Source of the DNA: Klebsiella phage YMC16/01/N133_KPN_BP
Strand: one strand, 5' to 3'
Sequence record: MF476925.1
Length of the DNA stretch: 58,387 bases
The position numbers were made by a program, and so were the translations under genes. The notes below the pieces were generated by a model that was not told the origin of the DNA, ran no database searches, and was given only the letters and a program-made list of their open reading frames with translations. Below, piece by piece: positions 9,477-19,621 of this stretch. Position 1 is the stretch's first letter. Each line of letters starts with the position of its first letter.

Positions 9477-9868
9477 AAACTACAAAGCGTTGGCTATAGT
9501 GAAATTGTTCTCCTGACAGGTCGTGGCGCCGCACCCCGGTTTCCTCCGTTTCCCGGGATGCGGCGCACCTTCCTATGACACACAACAGGCGAGGGAATTA
9601 CCGGAAGCAACGTTGCGACTCGACACGCAGCCCACTGTGGTAAGTAGTTTCCTCTCCGTTGTGTGTGAATGCGCAGGCTGCAGCGCCCAGATTACATGCC
9701 CGTATCCCGAACTGGTTAAGACATGATTCTGGAAAGACGATGGACCACAGAACGCCATTAATGGCGGCGGGTAACCGCAATGAGGAAGACGCTCCACGGT
9801 CTCAAACTCGTCATGAAAAGGTGGAAGCCCTAAGCCGGATATCAGCCCCGGCCACCACAACGCAACGG

Positions 9869-9942
9869 CGCGGTATAGCATCAATTGGTAATGCAGCGGA
9901 CTCATAATCCGGGAGCTGAAGGTTCGAGTCCTTCTGCCGCCG
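9869..9942 (+). tRNA. tRNA-like element (anticodon CAT; Met/Ile2-like) or attP core; no encoded CCA; 1:72 and 27:43 mismatches
   Basis: Manual fold: acceptor 6/7 pairs. D-stem GCAT/ATGC with loop CAATTGGTA. Anticodon loop CTCATAA. T-arm GAAGG-TTCGAGT-CCTTC. The integrase stop and C-terminal codons overlap its 3' half. Confidence 0.4.
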
Positions 9943-10948
9943 CCTTCTCCACCACTGCCATCGGCATAGCCTTGTCGTGAAGCCTCTCCGGGCTCAGGTG
10001 GGTATAGCGCCTCAGCATATTCCAGTCGCGGTGTCCCGACACCAGCGCGACCTCCTGAATCTCGTAGCCCGCTTCGAACAGCCGGCAGATGCCCTCGTGG
10101 CGCAGGTCGTGCCAGCGGAGGTCCACCAGCCCCGCGCGCTCCACCGCCCGGCACCACGCAGCGCCGATGGACCCGGTCTTGTAAGGGAAGATCTCGCCGC
10201 GCTGGCGCACCTGACGTTTGATGATGTCGAAGGACCTGCCCAGCAGCGGCACGGTCTGGTCATTGCCCTTTTTCAGGGTGGGATGCTTACGGTCCCGGAT
10301 CACCACGGTGCGCTTCGCCTCATCGACGTCGCTCCAGCGTATCCGGCAGACCTCTGCCACCCGCATAGCTGTGTCAATGGAGAAGGCGATCAGCTCGTCC
10401 ATCGGGAGGGTGGACTGCATGTTGTCGAGGATCTGCTCTATCTCGTCATCGCTGACCCGGCGGGCGCGTTCGACAGACCTACCGGTCAGCCCATAGTTCC
10501 GCAGGGCGTGGCGGCCGCGCTTCCACTCGTCCCAGTCAGGGCGTACCTCCCAGAAGGTGTCGGCGTGGCGCAGGGCCATTGCGATGAAGACGAACTCCTG
10601 GTCCATCGTGCTGGGCGCCACGCCGCGGCCTTTGGTGTAGTCGAGCATCCACTTCGCGGTCAGCTGAGAGACGAGCACTCCGCTCAGCTTACGACGGAGG
10701 GTGCGCATCGTGGCGTGGTGGGTGCGCTGCAGAGGCTTAATCGGCAGGACCTCATCAATGTAGCGCTGGATCAGTACGCCGACGTCTGGGTCGTTCGCGT
10801 GGAACTTACCTTCCTCGATCGCGCCCTCCATTTCCCGGACCCATTTCTCCGCGAGGACTTTTTTGCTAAAGGTCTTCGACAGAGTTTTGTGTCCTTTGCG
10901 GCGGACCTGAGCCCTCCATCCTTCGCCGTGTTTGTAGATCGATGCCAT
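9902..10948 (-). CDS. int: Tyrosine integrase
   Basis: 348 aa. C-terminal catalytic region with R...HxLRH...Y pattern (RWHDLRHEG...LVSGHRDWNMLRRYTHL). The 3' end overlaps the tRNA-like sequence. Confidence 0.85.
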   Translation of the reverse strand: MASIYKHGEGWRAQVRRKGHKTLSKTFSKKVLAEKWVREMEGAIEEGKFHANDPDVGVLIQRYIDEVLPIKPLQRTHHATMRTLRRKLSGVLVSQLTAKWMLDYTKGRGVAPSTMDQEFVFIAMALRHADTFWEVRPDWDEWKRGRHALRNYGLTGRSVERARRVSDDEIEQILDNMQSTLPMDELIAFSIDTAMRVAEVCRIRWSDVDEAKRTVVIRDRKHPTLKKGNDQTVPLLGRSFDIIKRQVRQRGEIFPYKTGSIGAAWCRAVERAGLVDLRWHDLRHEGICRLFEAGYEIQEVALVSGHRDWNMLRRYTHLSPERLHDKAMPMAVVEKAAAEGLEPSAPGL

Positions 10949-10954
10949 ACCGTT

Positions 10955-11290
10955 CTTCCTTGTGTGCAGTGACCACTCCGGGCCGTGTGCAATCCAGTGT
11001 GCAGCCCGAAAATTATGGATCGAGGAAGTACAGGTTTTTCAATGGTCTGGCAAACGTCGAGCGTGATCGAAAATGGCCGTGTTTTTGCGTGGTGCACAAT
11101 GGAATTCAATAAGCGAAATCAGTATCTTAACGGCGAAAAAATCTTCGCCATTGCCCCCATGATGGACTGGACGGACTGTTTCTAAGTAGCTGAAATCGCG
11201 TCGATATTTATTTTCGATTTTCCCTGTGTGCAAATTCTGTGCAGTGCGTTTCCGGGTGCACCCGGCGTGGTAGCTCGTGTGCAGTTCTCA
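10955..11290. repeat. Non-coding region with at least 7 copies of a TGTGCA-type motif between int and the small terminase (candidate Int arm-type sites and/or cos/terminase binding sites)
   Basis: Motif copies seen at about 10957, 10994, 11006, 11089, 11228, 11241 and 11274. Confidence 0.4.
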
Positions 11291-11358
11291 ACCATCACTT
11301 GAATGTTCACCTTCCCGTGAGGCATTATTAAACTTTAAAGACTTCAGGACATTCGATT

Positions 11359-12039
11359 GTGGCAACGACCAAAACGACGAAGCGTGGCCCCGGCAGGCCA
11401 CCGAAAAATCCCCGGGCGAAGAAGGCGGAGACCCCAGCTGCCGATGGACTGGACGACCTGATCGGTGCCCCCGAGCAGCCTTCAGACGAAGACCTGTCGC
11501 TGGATATGGGTACCGTCTACGGCGGCGTGTCGGCGCACTGGCTGAGCCACGTCTTCGGGATGGACCGGGTGACGGTGAAGAAGCGCCTCGCGGAGGGCAA
11601 GTGCAAGATCGTCGGCAAGGGCCGGACCGGCGCGCCCATGTACCTGGTCCGCGATGCGGCTGCCTGGCTGGTTAAGCCACAGGTGGACATCACGAGCTAC
11701 ATTAAATCGTTGCGCCCGAATGACCTGCCGCCGATCCTGAACGCCGCCTACTGGGACGCGATGCTGAAGCGCCAGAAGTGGGAAGAGAACGCCGGCGACC
11801 TGTGGCGCACGAACGACGTGATGGACGTCTTCGGCAGTCTCGCGGCCACCCTGAAGTCGACTATCCAGCTTTGGCCGGAGCAGGTCTCCGGGCTGACGGA
11901 TAAGCAGCGGCTGGAGCTGGAGCAACGGTGCGACGGCCTGCTGAACGCTATTCACCACATCCTGGTGGAATCCCCGAACGGGCGCCGCACCCCGAGCAGC
12001 ATGGAAGAGCCTCCGGAGAAGGAGGACGACCTTGTTTAA
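11359..12039 (+). CDS. Terminase small subunit (GTG start) with acidic C-terminal tail ...PPEKEDDLV
   Basis: 226 aa. Basic N-terminus (GRPPKNPRAKK). Sits immediately upstream of, and overlaps, the large terminase. Confidence 0.55.
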   Translation: MATTKTTKRGPGRPPKNPRAKKAETPAADGLDDLIGAPEQPSDEDLSLDMGTVYGGVSAHWLSHVFGMDRVTVKKRLAEGKCKIVGKGRTGAPMYLVRDAAAWLVKPQVDITSYIKSLRPNDLPPILNAAYWDAMLKRQKWEENAGDLWRTNDVMDVFGSLAATLKSTIQLWPEQVSGLTDKQRLELEQRCDGLLNAIHHILVESPNGRRTPSSMEEPPEKEDDLV

Positions 12040-14146
12040 CAGCCTTGAGGAAATGATTGCAGCCGTCGCGCCTACAGTACACTCGCAGGAGCGTCTGACG
12101 GTGGCCGAAGCGGCAGAGAAATACCGCTTCATCAACAACCCCGGCTCGTATGTCGGGATGTGGGACAATGACTTCGCCCCGTACCTGGTGGAGCCTATGG
12201 AGGTGCTGACCAGCCTGGACTTCACGGGGATGGTCTTCGCCGGCCCTGCGCGTACCGGTAAGTCGGACATGTTCTTCAACTGGCTGACGCATACCTCGGT
12301 GACCGACCCCGCGGATATGATGATCGTTCATATGACCCAGACGGTTGCCCGCGACTGGTCCCAGAAGGACCTCCGGCGCGCCTTCCGGAACACTGATGCG
12401 CTGGGAAGGACGGTGATGCCCGGGCGCAACAACCAGTCCACGCACGACATCCGGTTTAAGAACGGGATGCACCTGCTGGTGAAATGGCCGACGGTGTCCG
12501 AGCTGTCGGGTAAGACGGTCAAATACAACTGGATCGCCGACTATGACCGCATCGCGGATGACATCGAGGGGGAAGGTAACGCCTTCGGCCTGACCCGCGC
12601 GCGTGCAACCACCTTTAAGCGCCGCGGCATGACGGTGGCTGAATCCTCCCCGGGTCGTGATGTCACCGATACGAAATGGTTGCCTCCATCCCCGGACTCT
12701 CACATGGCGCCACCATGTGGCGGTATTCTCGACCTGTATAACAGCGGAGACCGCCGGCGCTGGTACTGGCGCTGCCCGCAATGCAACGACCCCTTCGAAC
12801 CGGACTTCAAGCTGCTCAGCTGGCCGGACACCGACGACCCGCTGGAAGCCGGCGAGCGCGTGGTAATGGTCTGCCCTCACTGCGGTGGCTTCATCCATCA
12901 CGACGCGAATGACGCGGCAGGGCTCCCCGGGAAGTATGAGATGAATATCGGTGGCCGCTGGCTCCGGGAAGGTGAAATCTGGCTACCGGATGGCTCTCTC
13001 GGCGGTAACCCGCGGCGTGCGGAGATCGCCTCGTTCTGGCTGAAAGGTCCTGCAGCGGCATTCGCGGACTGGAAGAAGCTGGTGGTCGACTACAAAATGG
13101 CGATGGACGCCTATGAGCGCAGTGGTGACGAAGGTCCGCTGCGGGTAACGGTCAACACCGGTCAGGGCCTGCCCTACTCACCGAAGATCCTGTCTGCAGG
13201 CCGCAACCCGGAAGACGTGAAAGCGCTGGCGCGTGATATTGGTGACCGCGTGGTCCCACGCGGCGTGCGGTTCCTCGTAGCGACGGTCGACGTGCAGGCT
13301 GGCGCCCGCTCCAGCTTCGTCGTGCAGGTCCACGGCTTCAGCCGCTCCGGGAATATCGTCGTCATTGACCGCTTCAGCATCAAGAAATCCGAACGCCTGG
13401 ACGAAGACGGTGAACGCCACCGCCTGCGGCCGGACGCCTTTCTGGAGGACTGGGACACCCTCATTCATCAGGTTCTCCTGCGCTCGTACCCACTCGGTGA
13501 CGACAGCGGCCGTCGGATGTCGATCAAGGCCGTCGCCTGTGACTCCGGCGGTAAAGAGGGCGTGACGTCGAACGCCTATAACTTCTGGCGCCGCCTGCGG
13601 GACTCCGACGGCGAAGAGTTCCCGGCCAACCTGCATCGGCGTTTCCATCTGGTCAAAGGCTCATCACAGAAGACGGACCCGCGCGTTCGCCTGTCGTACC
13701 CGGATTCCGAACGTAAGGACCGCCATGCTGGCGCGCGCGGGGAAATCCCGGTGCTGATGCTCAATGGCGACCTCCTGAAGGACTACGTGGACACGCTGCT
13801 CGGCGGCAAGCAGGACGACGGTACTATTGTTGGCGGGCGGATCGTCTTCCCCAGCTGGCTTCCGGACTGGTTCTACAGCGAGGTGTGCGCAGAGACCAAA
13901 ACTGAGAAGGGCTGGCAGAACCTGGCGAAACTCCGCAACGAAGGTCTGGACTTGCTCTGCTACGCGATTGCCGTGGCAGTGTATCGCCCGATTTTCTGGG
14001 AGCGCATCGACTGGGATAACCCGGAGGGCTGGGCGGAAGACTGGGACGACAACGACCTGGTATTCAACGAAGGCGGCAAAACCATTGATGAGGACCAGGA
14101 AGAAGATGATACCGAACTCGAAGATTTGGGACGTCTGCTGGCGTAG
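12032..14146 (+). CDS. Terminase large subunit, lambda GpA family
   Basis: 704 aa. Lambda GpA-like ATPase/nuclease layout. Followed by gpW-, portal-, C-, D- and E-like genes in lambda order. Confidence 0.8.
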   Translation: MFNSLEEMIAAVAPTVHSQERLTVAEAAEKYRFINNPGSYVGMWDNDFAPYLVEPMEVLTSLDFTGMVFAGPARTGKSDMFFNWLTHTSVTDPADMMIVHMTQTVARDWSQKDLRRAFRNTDALGRTVMPGRNNQSTHDIRFKNGMHLLVKWPTVSELSGKTVKYNWIADYDRIADDIEGEGNAFGLTRARATTFKRRGMTVAESSPGRDVTDTKWLPPSPDSHMAPPCGGILDLYNSGDRRRWYWRCPQCNDPFEPDFKLLSWPDTDDPLEAGERVVMVCPHCGGFIHHDANDAAGLPGKYEMNIGGRWLREGEIWLPDGSLGGNPRRAEIASFWLKGPAAAFADWKKLVVDYKMAMDAYERSGDEGPLRVTVNTGQGLPYSPKILSAGRNPEDVKALARDIGDRVVPRGVRFLVATVDVQAGARSSFVVQVHGFSRSGNIVVIDRFSIKKSERLDEDGERHRLRPDAFLEDWDTLIHQVLLRSYPLGDDSGRRMSIKAVACDSGGKEGVTSNAYNFWRRLRDSDGEEFPANLHRRFHLVKGSSQKTDPRVRLSYPDSERKDRHAGARGEIPVLMLNGDLLKDYVDTLLGGKQDDGTIVGGRIVFPSWLPDWFYSEVCAETKTEKGWQNLAKLRNEGLDLLCYAIAVAVYRPIFWERIDWDNPEGWAEDWDDNDLVFNEGGKTIDEDQEEDDTELEDLGRLLA

Positions 14147-14147
14147 T

Positions 14148-14174
14148 GTTCAACTTTCCATTGGAAATTCAACT
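14148..14174 (+). promoter_or_regulatory. Direct repeat GTTCAAC-N12-ATTCAAC (19-bp periodicity)
   Basis: TTCAAC at 14149 and 14168. 45 nt upstream of the gpW-like gene. Confidence 0.45.
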
Positions 14175-14218
14175 GGACCTGGAATACACTTGGCGAAACA
14201 CCCGACCGGAATCTCATT

Positions 14219-14434
14219 ATGCCTGATTTGAATGTTTTGCTGGCTGAAGCTCGCGCTGCCTATCATCAGCTGATGATCGGGCAAAACATCGTCAGCCTCC
14301 GTGACAGCAACGGCGAGCAGATCCAGTACAATAACGCAAGCGCTTCCCGGCTTGCTGCGTACATCGCCCAGCTGGAGATTCAGCTGGGCATCGCCACGAC
14401 TACTGGCCCGATGCGTACCTGGATGGGGCCATGA
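14219..14434 (+). CDS. Head-tail joining protein, lambda gpW-like
   Basis: 71 aa. ARAAYHQLMIGQNIVSLRDSNG...AYIAQLEIQLG resembles lambda W (AARAALHDLMTGKRV...YIAELEVQTG). Confidence 0.6.
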   Translation: MPDLNVLLAEARAAYHQLMIGQNIVSLRDSNGEQIQYNNASASRLAAYIAQLEIQLGIATTTGPMRTWMGP

Positions 14435-16104
14435 CGAAAATCGTATTTACGGATGACCTAATCGGCGACCCGCTGGAAGCCGTACAGAACACCGGCAAAG
14501 AGCTGGCGATGTTCGGCAACCCCTCGTATGACGCCGCCAGCCAGTTTTCGGAAGAGCTGGCGCTGTGGTCTACGCCTATCCAGTCCGCGGACCAGGAAAT
14601 CTTGCCGGAGATGGGGGTCATCACGCCTCGCGTGCGTGACGTGACCCGCAATGACTCGCTGATGCGCGGCGCCCTGCAGACGCAGAAGGACAGCATCGTC
14701 GGCGAGCGCTTCCTGCTGAACTCCACCCCAAATACCCAGATCCTCGGTCTCGATGAAGTGTGGGCGGAAGAGTTCCAGGAAGAGGTCGAAGCGAAATTCA
14801 CCCTCTACGCTGAAAGTCTGATGAACTACCCGGACGCCCAGCGGAAAAACACCCTCACTGAAATGGTTCGCCTCGCGGTCGGCATCTACGGCCAGACCGG
14901 TGAAGTCATTTCGTCCGTCGAGTGGCTTCGCGACTCCGGGCGCCCCTACAGCACCGCGCTGCAGTTGATCGAGAACGAGCGGCTGTCTAACCCGAACAAT
15001 GGGATGGACACTCGTCTGCTGCGCGGTGGTGTACAACGGAACAGCTTCGGCGCCCCGATCGGCTACTACATCCGTGACGCGTTCCCGACGGACTATCTCG
15101 ACTTCGAAAATGTGAACTCCTGGACGTATGTGCCCGCCACGAAGCCGTGGGGCCGCATCCAGATGATTCACATCGTTGACCAGTGGCGCCCTGACCAGAC
15201 CCGTGGCATCTCCAACATCGTGGCCGCGCTCAAAGAGCTGCGCATGACGAAGAAGTATCGCGACATCGTTCTGCAGTCAGCGGCCCTGAATGCGACCTAC
15301 GCGGCCAGCATCGAATCCGATCTGCCGACTGACGTGGTGATGGCGCAGGCGGGAGGCGGAGACCCGGCGGCACTGTCGAAGTTCGCGAAGAGCTACCTGA
15401 GTGAGATCGCCCGGTACACCAAGAATTCCCGCAACCTCGTGCTCAACGGTGTGAAGATCCCGCATTTCTATCCCGGCACGAAGATGAACCTGCAGAACGC
15501 AGCGACACCGGGTGGCCTCGGCACCACGTTCGAAGCGTCGATGCTCCGCTACATTGCCGCGTCTCTGGGCCTGAGCTACGAGCAGTTCTCGAAAGATTAC
15601 ACGAAGGCCAACTACTCCAACCTGCGCGCGGCGCTGGCGGAGACCAACAAGCGTATGCGCGTTGAGAAGCGTCGTGTGGCTGACCGGTTCGCCAGCCTGT
15701 TCTTCCGCCTGTGGCTGGAAGAGGCGCTGAATAAGAACGAAATCACCTCGCTGCCCCGCAATGCCCCTAACTGGTACGAGGGGCAGAATGCCGACGCGTA
15801 CAGCGAGTGCTCGTGGATCGGTGCCAACATGGGCCAGATTGACGGCCTCAAAGAGACCCAGGCTGCCGTGCTCCGTCTGAACAACGGCCTGGGTACCGCT
15901 GAGGATGAGCTGGCGGCGCTCGGGAAGGACTGGCGTCAGGTTTACAAGCAGCTGGCGCGCGAGCAGAAATTCCGTGAGAAGATCGGCCTCGTGCTGGGCT
16001 CCGAGAAGACAAACACCAACATGATGAACGCGGCGAGCGGCACCCCTTCTGACGAAGGCGCGAAGCCCCGCAGCGAGACCAGTGAGGACAATACCGATGA
16101 GTAA
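14431..16104 (+). CDS. Portal protein, lambda gpB-like
   Basis: 557 aa. Position between W and the head protease. Acidic C-terminus. Confidence 0.75.
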   Translation: MTKIVFTDDLIGDPLEAVQNTGKELAMFGNPSYDAASQFSEELALWSTPIQSADQEILPEMGVITPRVRDVTRNDSLMRGALQTQKDSIVGERFLLNSTPNTQILGLDEVWAEEFQEEVEAKFTLYAESLMNYPDAQRKNTLTEMVRLAVGIYGQTGEVISSVEWLRDSGRPYSTALQLIENERLSNPNNGMDTRLLRGGVQRNSFGAPIGYYIRDAFPTDYLDFENVNSWTYVPATKPWGRIQMIHIVDQWRPDQTRGISNIVAALKELRMTKKYRDIVLQSAALNATYAASIESDLPTDVVMAQAGGGDPAALSKFAKSYLSEIARYTKNSRNLVLNGVKIPHFYPGTKMNLQNAATPGGLGTTFEASMLRYIAASLGLSYEQFSKDYTKANYSNLRAALAETNKRMRVEKRRVADRFASLFFRLWLEEALNKNEITSLPRNAPNWYEGQNADAYSECSWIGANMGQIDGLKETQAAVLRLNNGLGTAEDELAALGKDWRQVYKQLAREQKFREKIGLVLGSEKTNTNMMNAASGTPSDEGAKPRSETSEDNTDE

Positions 16105-17392
16105 CATCTGGGCTACCCGCGTAGCCAATCAGCCGGTTATGGTCGGTATCGCCGGCGCAGACTGGCTGCAGCAGCATCTGAACGGCGCGGCAATGGCGTC
16201 AGCGCAGCTCGATACCCGCCTGTCCGCGGACACCCCGGTGATGCAGGACGACTTCTGGCCGTCGAAAGACAGCTGGCTGTCCTACTTCCGCCCGTACAAC
16301 GTCTCGCAGGGCACGCTGTACGTCCCGATCAAGGGGATGCTGGTCCACGATTACGGGTATGCTCTCGGCGACTGGCTGACGGGCTACACCTACATCGCCA
16401 AAGCCTTTGAGCGCGGTATGGAAGACCCGGAAGTCGAGCGGATCGCGATGGTCATCTCTTCCGGTGGTGGCGAAGTGGCCGGGAACTTTGACCTCGTGGA
16501 TAAGATTTTCTCGATGCGCGGTCCGAAGCCTATCCAGGCATTCGTGAATGAGGCGGCGTACTCCGCGGCATACTCGCTGGCGTCTGCTGCGGATAAGATA
16601 TCGATGACCCGCACGGCCGGCGTAGGCAGCATCGGCGTGGTAACGGCGCACGTGGACTACAGTGAACTGTACAAAGACGCCGGCATCAAAGTGACGTTCA
16701 TTCATGCTGGCGACCACAAAGTCGACGGCAACCCTTACGAGCCTCTGCCGGAAGAAGTGAAAAAGCGGATGCAGGCGCGTATCGATAGCATGTATGATAT
16801 CTTCGTTTCAACTGTAGCGCGAAATCGTGGGGTGGACGAGAAGGCCATCCGGGATACCGAGGCACTGACGTACTCGGCTTCCGACGCAATTTCTGTCGGT
16901 CTCGCCGATGAAGTGCTACCTTTTGAAGAAGCTGTGGCCGCCTTCTCGGGCGCGCTAACCGATGATCCGGAAGTAGACCCGGACGAAAACTCTGGAGATG
17001 AAAATATGTCTTTTACCCAGGAAGATCTGGATAACGCCCGAGCAGATGGTGTGACGCAGGGCAAAGCTGAAGGCGCAACCGCCGAGCGTGCCCGTATTCA
17101 AGGCATCCTGACTGCGGAAGCGGCGACCAATCGTCGTGAGGTAGCTTTCCACCTCGCGTTGAATACTAACCAATCTGTGGAAGAAGCGACTGCGCTGCTG
17201 GCGATCACGCCTGAGCAAGCTGCGGCCCCTGCTACCACCACCCCTGCCGCCAATGCTTTCGAGCAGGCGATGGCCCACGGCAACCCGAATATCCAACCGG
17301 GTGGTGATAACGCCGAAGCCGCAGAGCAGGACGAATCCGCGAAAACTCTCGCTGAGTTCCGCGCTGTCAACGGCCTCAATAAGAAGGACTAA
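16082..17392 (+). CDS. Prohead protease, peptidase S49 (lambda gpC-like), with Ala-rich C-terminal scaffold-like region (possible nested Nu3-like scaffold)
   Basis: 436 aa. S49 core (VISSGGGEVAG...AYSAAYSLASAADKI). C-terminal low-complexity Ala/Glu-rich segment. Confidence 0.7.
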   Translation: MRTIPMSNIWATRVANQPVMVGIAGADWLQQHLNGAAMASAQLDTRLSADTPVMQDDFWPSKDSWLSYFRPYNVSQGTLYVPIKGMLVHDYGYALGDWLTGYTYIAKAFERGMEDPEVERIAMVISSGGGEVAGNFDLVDKIFSMRGPKPIQAFVNEAAYSAAYSLASAADKISMTRTAGVGSIGVVTAHVDYSELYKDAGIKVTFIHAGDHKVDGNPYEPLPEEVKKRMQARIDSMYDIFVSTVARNRGVDEKAIRDTEALTYSASDAISVGLADEVLPFEEAVAAFSGALTDDPEVDPDENSGDENMSFTQEDLDNARADGVTQGKAEGATAERARIQGILTAEAATNRREVAFHLALNTNQSVEEATALLAITPEQAAAPATTTPAANAFEQAMAHGNPNIQPGGDNAEAAEQDESAKTLAEFRAVNGLNKKD

Positions 17393-17397
17393 CCATC

Positions 17398-17817
17398 ATG
17401 GCGATTACCCCGACTCAACCAACCCCGGGTCTGGCTCAGTATGAGTCGGATACCGTCGGCGGCCTGGTCGAACTGTGGGCCGGTGACACCCCGGCTCCGG
17501 TGACCATCTCCGGCAAATACTCGGCGACTCTGGAAGCCGCCGGCATCCCGGCTAACACCCCGGTGAGCCTGGACTATGAAACCGGCGACATTGCGCTGGT
17601 GGACGGCACCACCGTGACCAAAGCCAACGCAATCACCGTCGGCGCTCTGCTGCCGCGCGCTGGTGGCACCGGCGGGTCGATGGCGGTGTACAAGGCAGGC
17701 TGCGTCAATATCAAGGCGCTGAACTGGCCGGCGTCGTTCGATACCGATGCGAAAAAACTGGCGGCGTTCGACCTGGCTGAATGCCAGATCTACGTCAAAG
17801 TCCCGTACTACTCTTAA
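17398..17817 (+). CDS. Head decoration protein, gpD-like
   Basis: 139 aa. Between the protease and the major capsid gene, as in lambda. Confidence 0.45.
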   Translation: MAITPTQPTPGLAQYESDTVGGLVELWAGDTPAPVTISGKYSATLEAAGIPANTPVSLDYETGDIALVDGTTVTKANAITVGALLPRAGGTGGSMAVYKAGCVNIKALNWPASFDTDAKKLAAFDLAECQIYVKVPYYS

Positions 17818-17830
17818 GGGCCACTGAATC

Positions 17831-18871
17831 ATGACGATTGAAATCCGTCCGCAGGACACCAGTACCCTTCTGGGTATGTACCGTGACGTGGAAGCCCCGG
17901 TGAACTACTTCCGTAGTCTGCTGGTATCTTCCGTGTACACCTCCACTGATGAGTGGATCGACTTCACCAAGATCACGAAGAGCCGTAAGCTGGCGCCGCT
18001 GGTTATCCCAACTGCGCAAGGCCGCCCGATCTTCAGCGAAGCGTCCAACGCGGCTCGCTTTAAGCCGGCCTACGTTAAGCCGAAGGACCCGATCAGCCCG
18101 TCTCGTGTGCTGAAGAAACGCCCGACGGAGAACATCTTCACTCCGTCGACGCTGACCCCGTATCAGCGCTATCTGCAGCTGCTGGGGGATATCATCACCG
18201 AGCATCGCGGATCCATCGAGAACCGTCTCGAATGGCTGGCGTCTCAGGCTGCGCTGTACGGCAAAGTTACGCTGGAAGGTCCGGACTACCCGACCACCAT
18301 CGTGGACTTTGAGCGTGACCCGTCACACACCATCACACTGGCGGGCACTGACCTGTGGAGCAACCCGGACGCCCCGATCGTTGACCAGCTCAACGCCTGG
18401 GTCGAAAAAGTCCGTCGCGCCTCATTCGGTGGCCCGGTCAACCGTGTAACCATCGGCAAGAACGTCGTCGGTCCGCTGATGAAGAACAAGCAGATCCTGG
18501 CTGAACGTGACCTGATGGTCCGTGACACCGGGGTGAGCCGTACCCGTGTTATCCGTAACGGGGACTACAGCGAGCTGGTGATGACCATCGGCAACCTGGA
18601 AATCTGGACCACCAGCGACTGGTACGAAAAACCTGATGGCACCATCGGCGAGTACATGGACCCGAACGGCGTGCTGCTGACTGGCCCGAACGTGAACATG
18701 GTGGAATGCTACGGCGCCATCCTGGACATCGACGCCCAGCTGCAGGCCCTGCCGGTCTTCATGAAGCAGTGGAAGAACGAAGACCCGAGCGTGGTGTATG
18801 TCATGGCTCAGTCTGCGCCGCTGGAAGTGCCGGTGAACCCGAACAACACCCTGTTCGCAACTGTTCTGTAA
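17831..18871 (+). CDS. Major capsid protein, lambda gpE-like
   Basis: 346 aa. C-terminus VMAQSAPLEVPVNPNNTLFATVL compared with lambda E TMIQSAPLMLLADPDEFVSVQLA. Strong terminator downstream. Confidence 0.8.
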   Translation: MTIEIRPQDTSTLLGMYRDVEAPVNYFRSLLVSSVYTSTDEWIDFTKITKSRKLAPLVIPTAQGRPIFSEASNAARFKPAYVKPKDPISPSRVLKKRPTENIFTPSTLTPYQRYLQLLGDIITEHRGSIENRLEWLASQAALYGKVTLEGPDYPTTIVDFERDPSHTITLAGTDLWSNPDAPIVDQLNAWVEKVRRASFGGPVNRVTIGKNVVGPLMKNKQILAERDLMVRDTGVSRTRVIRNGDYSELVMTIGNLEIWTTSDWYEKPDGTIGEYMDPNGVLLTGPNVNMVECYGAILDIDAQLQALPVFMKQWKNEDPSVVYVMAQSAPLEVPVNPNNTLFATVL

Positions 18872-18883
18872 GAGCGGCTGGTA

Positions 18884-18910
18884 TTGGCGGTCTCCGGGCC
18901 GCCCTTTTTC
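18884..18910 (+). terminator. Rho-independent terminator after the major capsid gene
   Basis: GGCGGTCTCCGGGCCGCC hairpin followed by CTTTTTCC. Confidence 0.65.
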
Positions 18911-18934
18911 CAGAAGCCGATTGAGGAATGAGAG

Positions 18935-19207
18935 ATGCCAAAAGTAAAAGCAGTCCACCAGCTGGTTATTGACGGGCAGGTCATTGCCCCCGGTAAGACT
19001 GTCAACGTCGCCAAAGAGCACCTTGACCGCCTTGTTACTCTGGGCGCCGTGACCCTGGCTACCGGTGAAGCGGCGGAAGACGCTGTAGTCACCGAAGCGG
19101 CCAAAGAGCAGGTTGCCCAGGTGACCGAAGGCTCCGACGCCCCGGCGGAAGAAAAGTCCGCTAAAGGCGGCAAGTCTGCCAAAAAGTCTAACGACGATCT
19201 GGTGTAA
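18935..19207 (+). CDS. Small head-assembly/packaging protein at the lambda FI position, with acidic C-terminal tail ...KKSNDDLV
   Basis: 90 aa. Synteny only. Confidence 0.4.
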   Translation: MPKVKAVHQLVIDGQVIAPGKTVNVAKEHLDRLVTLGAVTLATGEAAEDAVVTEAAKEQVAQVTEGSDAPAEEKSAKGGKSAKKSNDDLV

Positions 19208-19210
19208 GCC

Positions 19211-19618
19211 ATGACGTTCCGTGACCAGAAACGCAAAGCCCGTCGGCAGCTGCACCAGCGGCTGGCGGAGCCGGTTCTGTACCTCACGGACCCGGATGCG
19301 ACGCCCGTGGATATCACGGTGCGTCTGCATCTCCGTTTTGATGCGCTGGGTGAGCTTCTTACCGTGTCCGCAGGTTTCGCGGACCGTCAGGAGCTGACCC
19401 CGCGTATTATTTTTATGAACGATCAGATTAGCCCTAAGCGCAACGCCATCGTGGTGACCAAAGATATGGGCGCCTTCAACATCGAGACGGACGTTGCCCC
19501 GGACGATATCACGACCACCGCAATGGTCACCCCGGTCAGCAAGTCTATGGTTCAGTCGTGGGGATGGGACCCGGACGCGCTGTGGCTGGGCCTGACGCCG
19601 CCAGCGATTGTGGGGTGA
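19211..19618 (+). CDS. Head-tail joining protein, lambda FII-like
   Basis: 135 aa. C-terminal WGWDPDALWLGLTPPAIVG compared with lambda FII HLWLGRGVPPAVNRRR. Confidence 0.5.
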   Translation: MTFRDQKRKARRQLHQRLAEPVLYLTDPDATPVDITVRLHLRFDALGELLTVSAGFADRQELTPRIIFMNDQISPKRNAIVVTKDMGAFNIETDVAPDDITTTAMVTPVSKSMVQSWGWDPDALWLGLTPPAIVG

Positions 19619-19621
19619 CCT

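Noticed and set aside
9764-9942. Longer tRNA with 5' acceptor strand GGCGGCG at 9764 pairing to the 3' strand at 9935
   Set aside because: That would need an intervening segment of about 95 nt. The compact 74-nt fold from 9869 is more plausible.
9523-10157. ORFs 9523..9726, 9659..9907, 9573..10157 and 9977..10972 in the attP/int region
   Set aside because: They overlap the tRNA-like element or are antisense to the integrase. No Shine-Dalgarno and low-complexity composition.
11482-12901. Long minus-strand ORFs 11482..12279 and 11948..12901 opposite the terminase genes
   Set aside because: Antisense to TerS/TerL, which have clear family similarity. Arg/Pro/Gly-rich junk translation.
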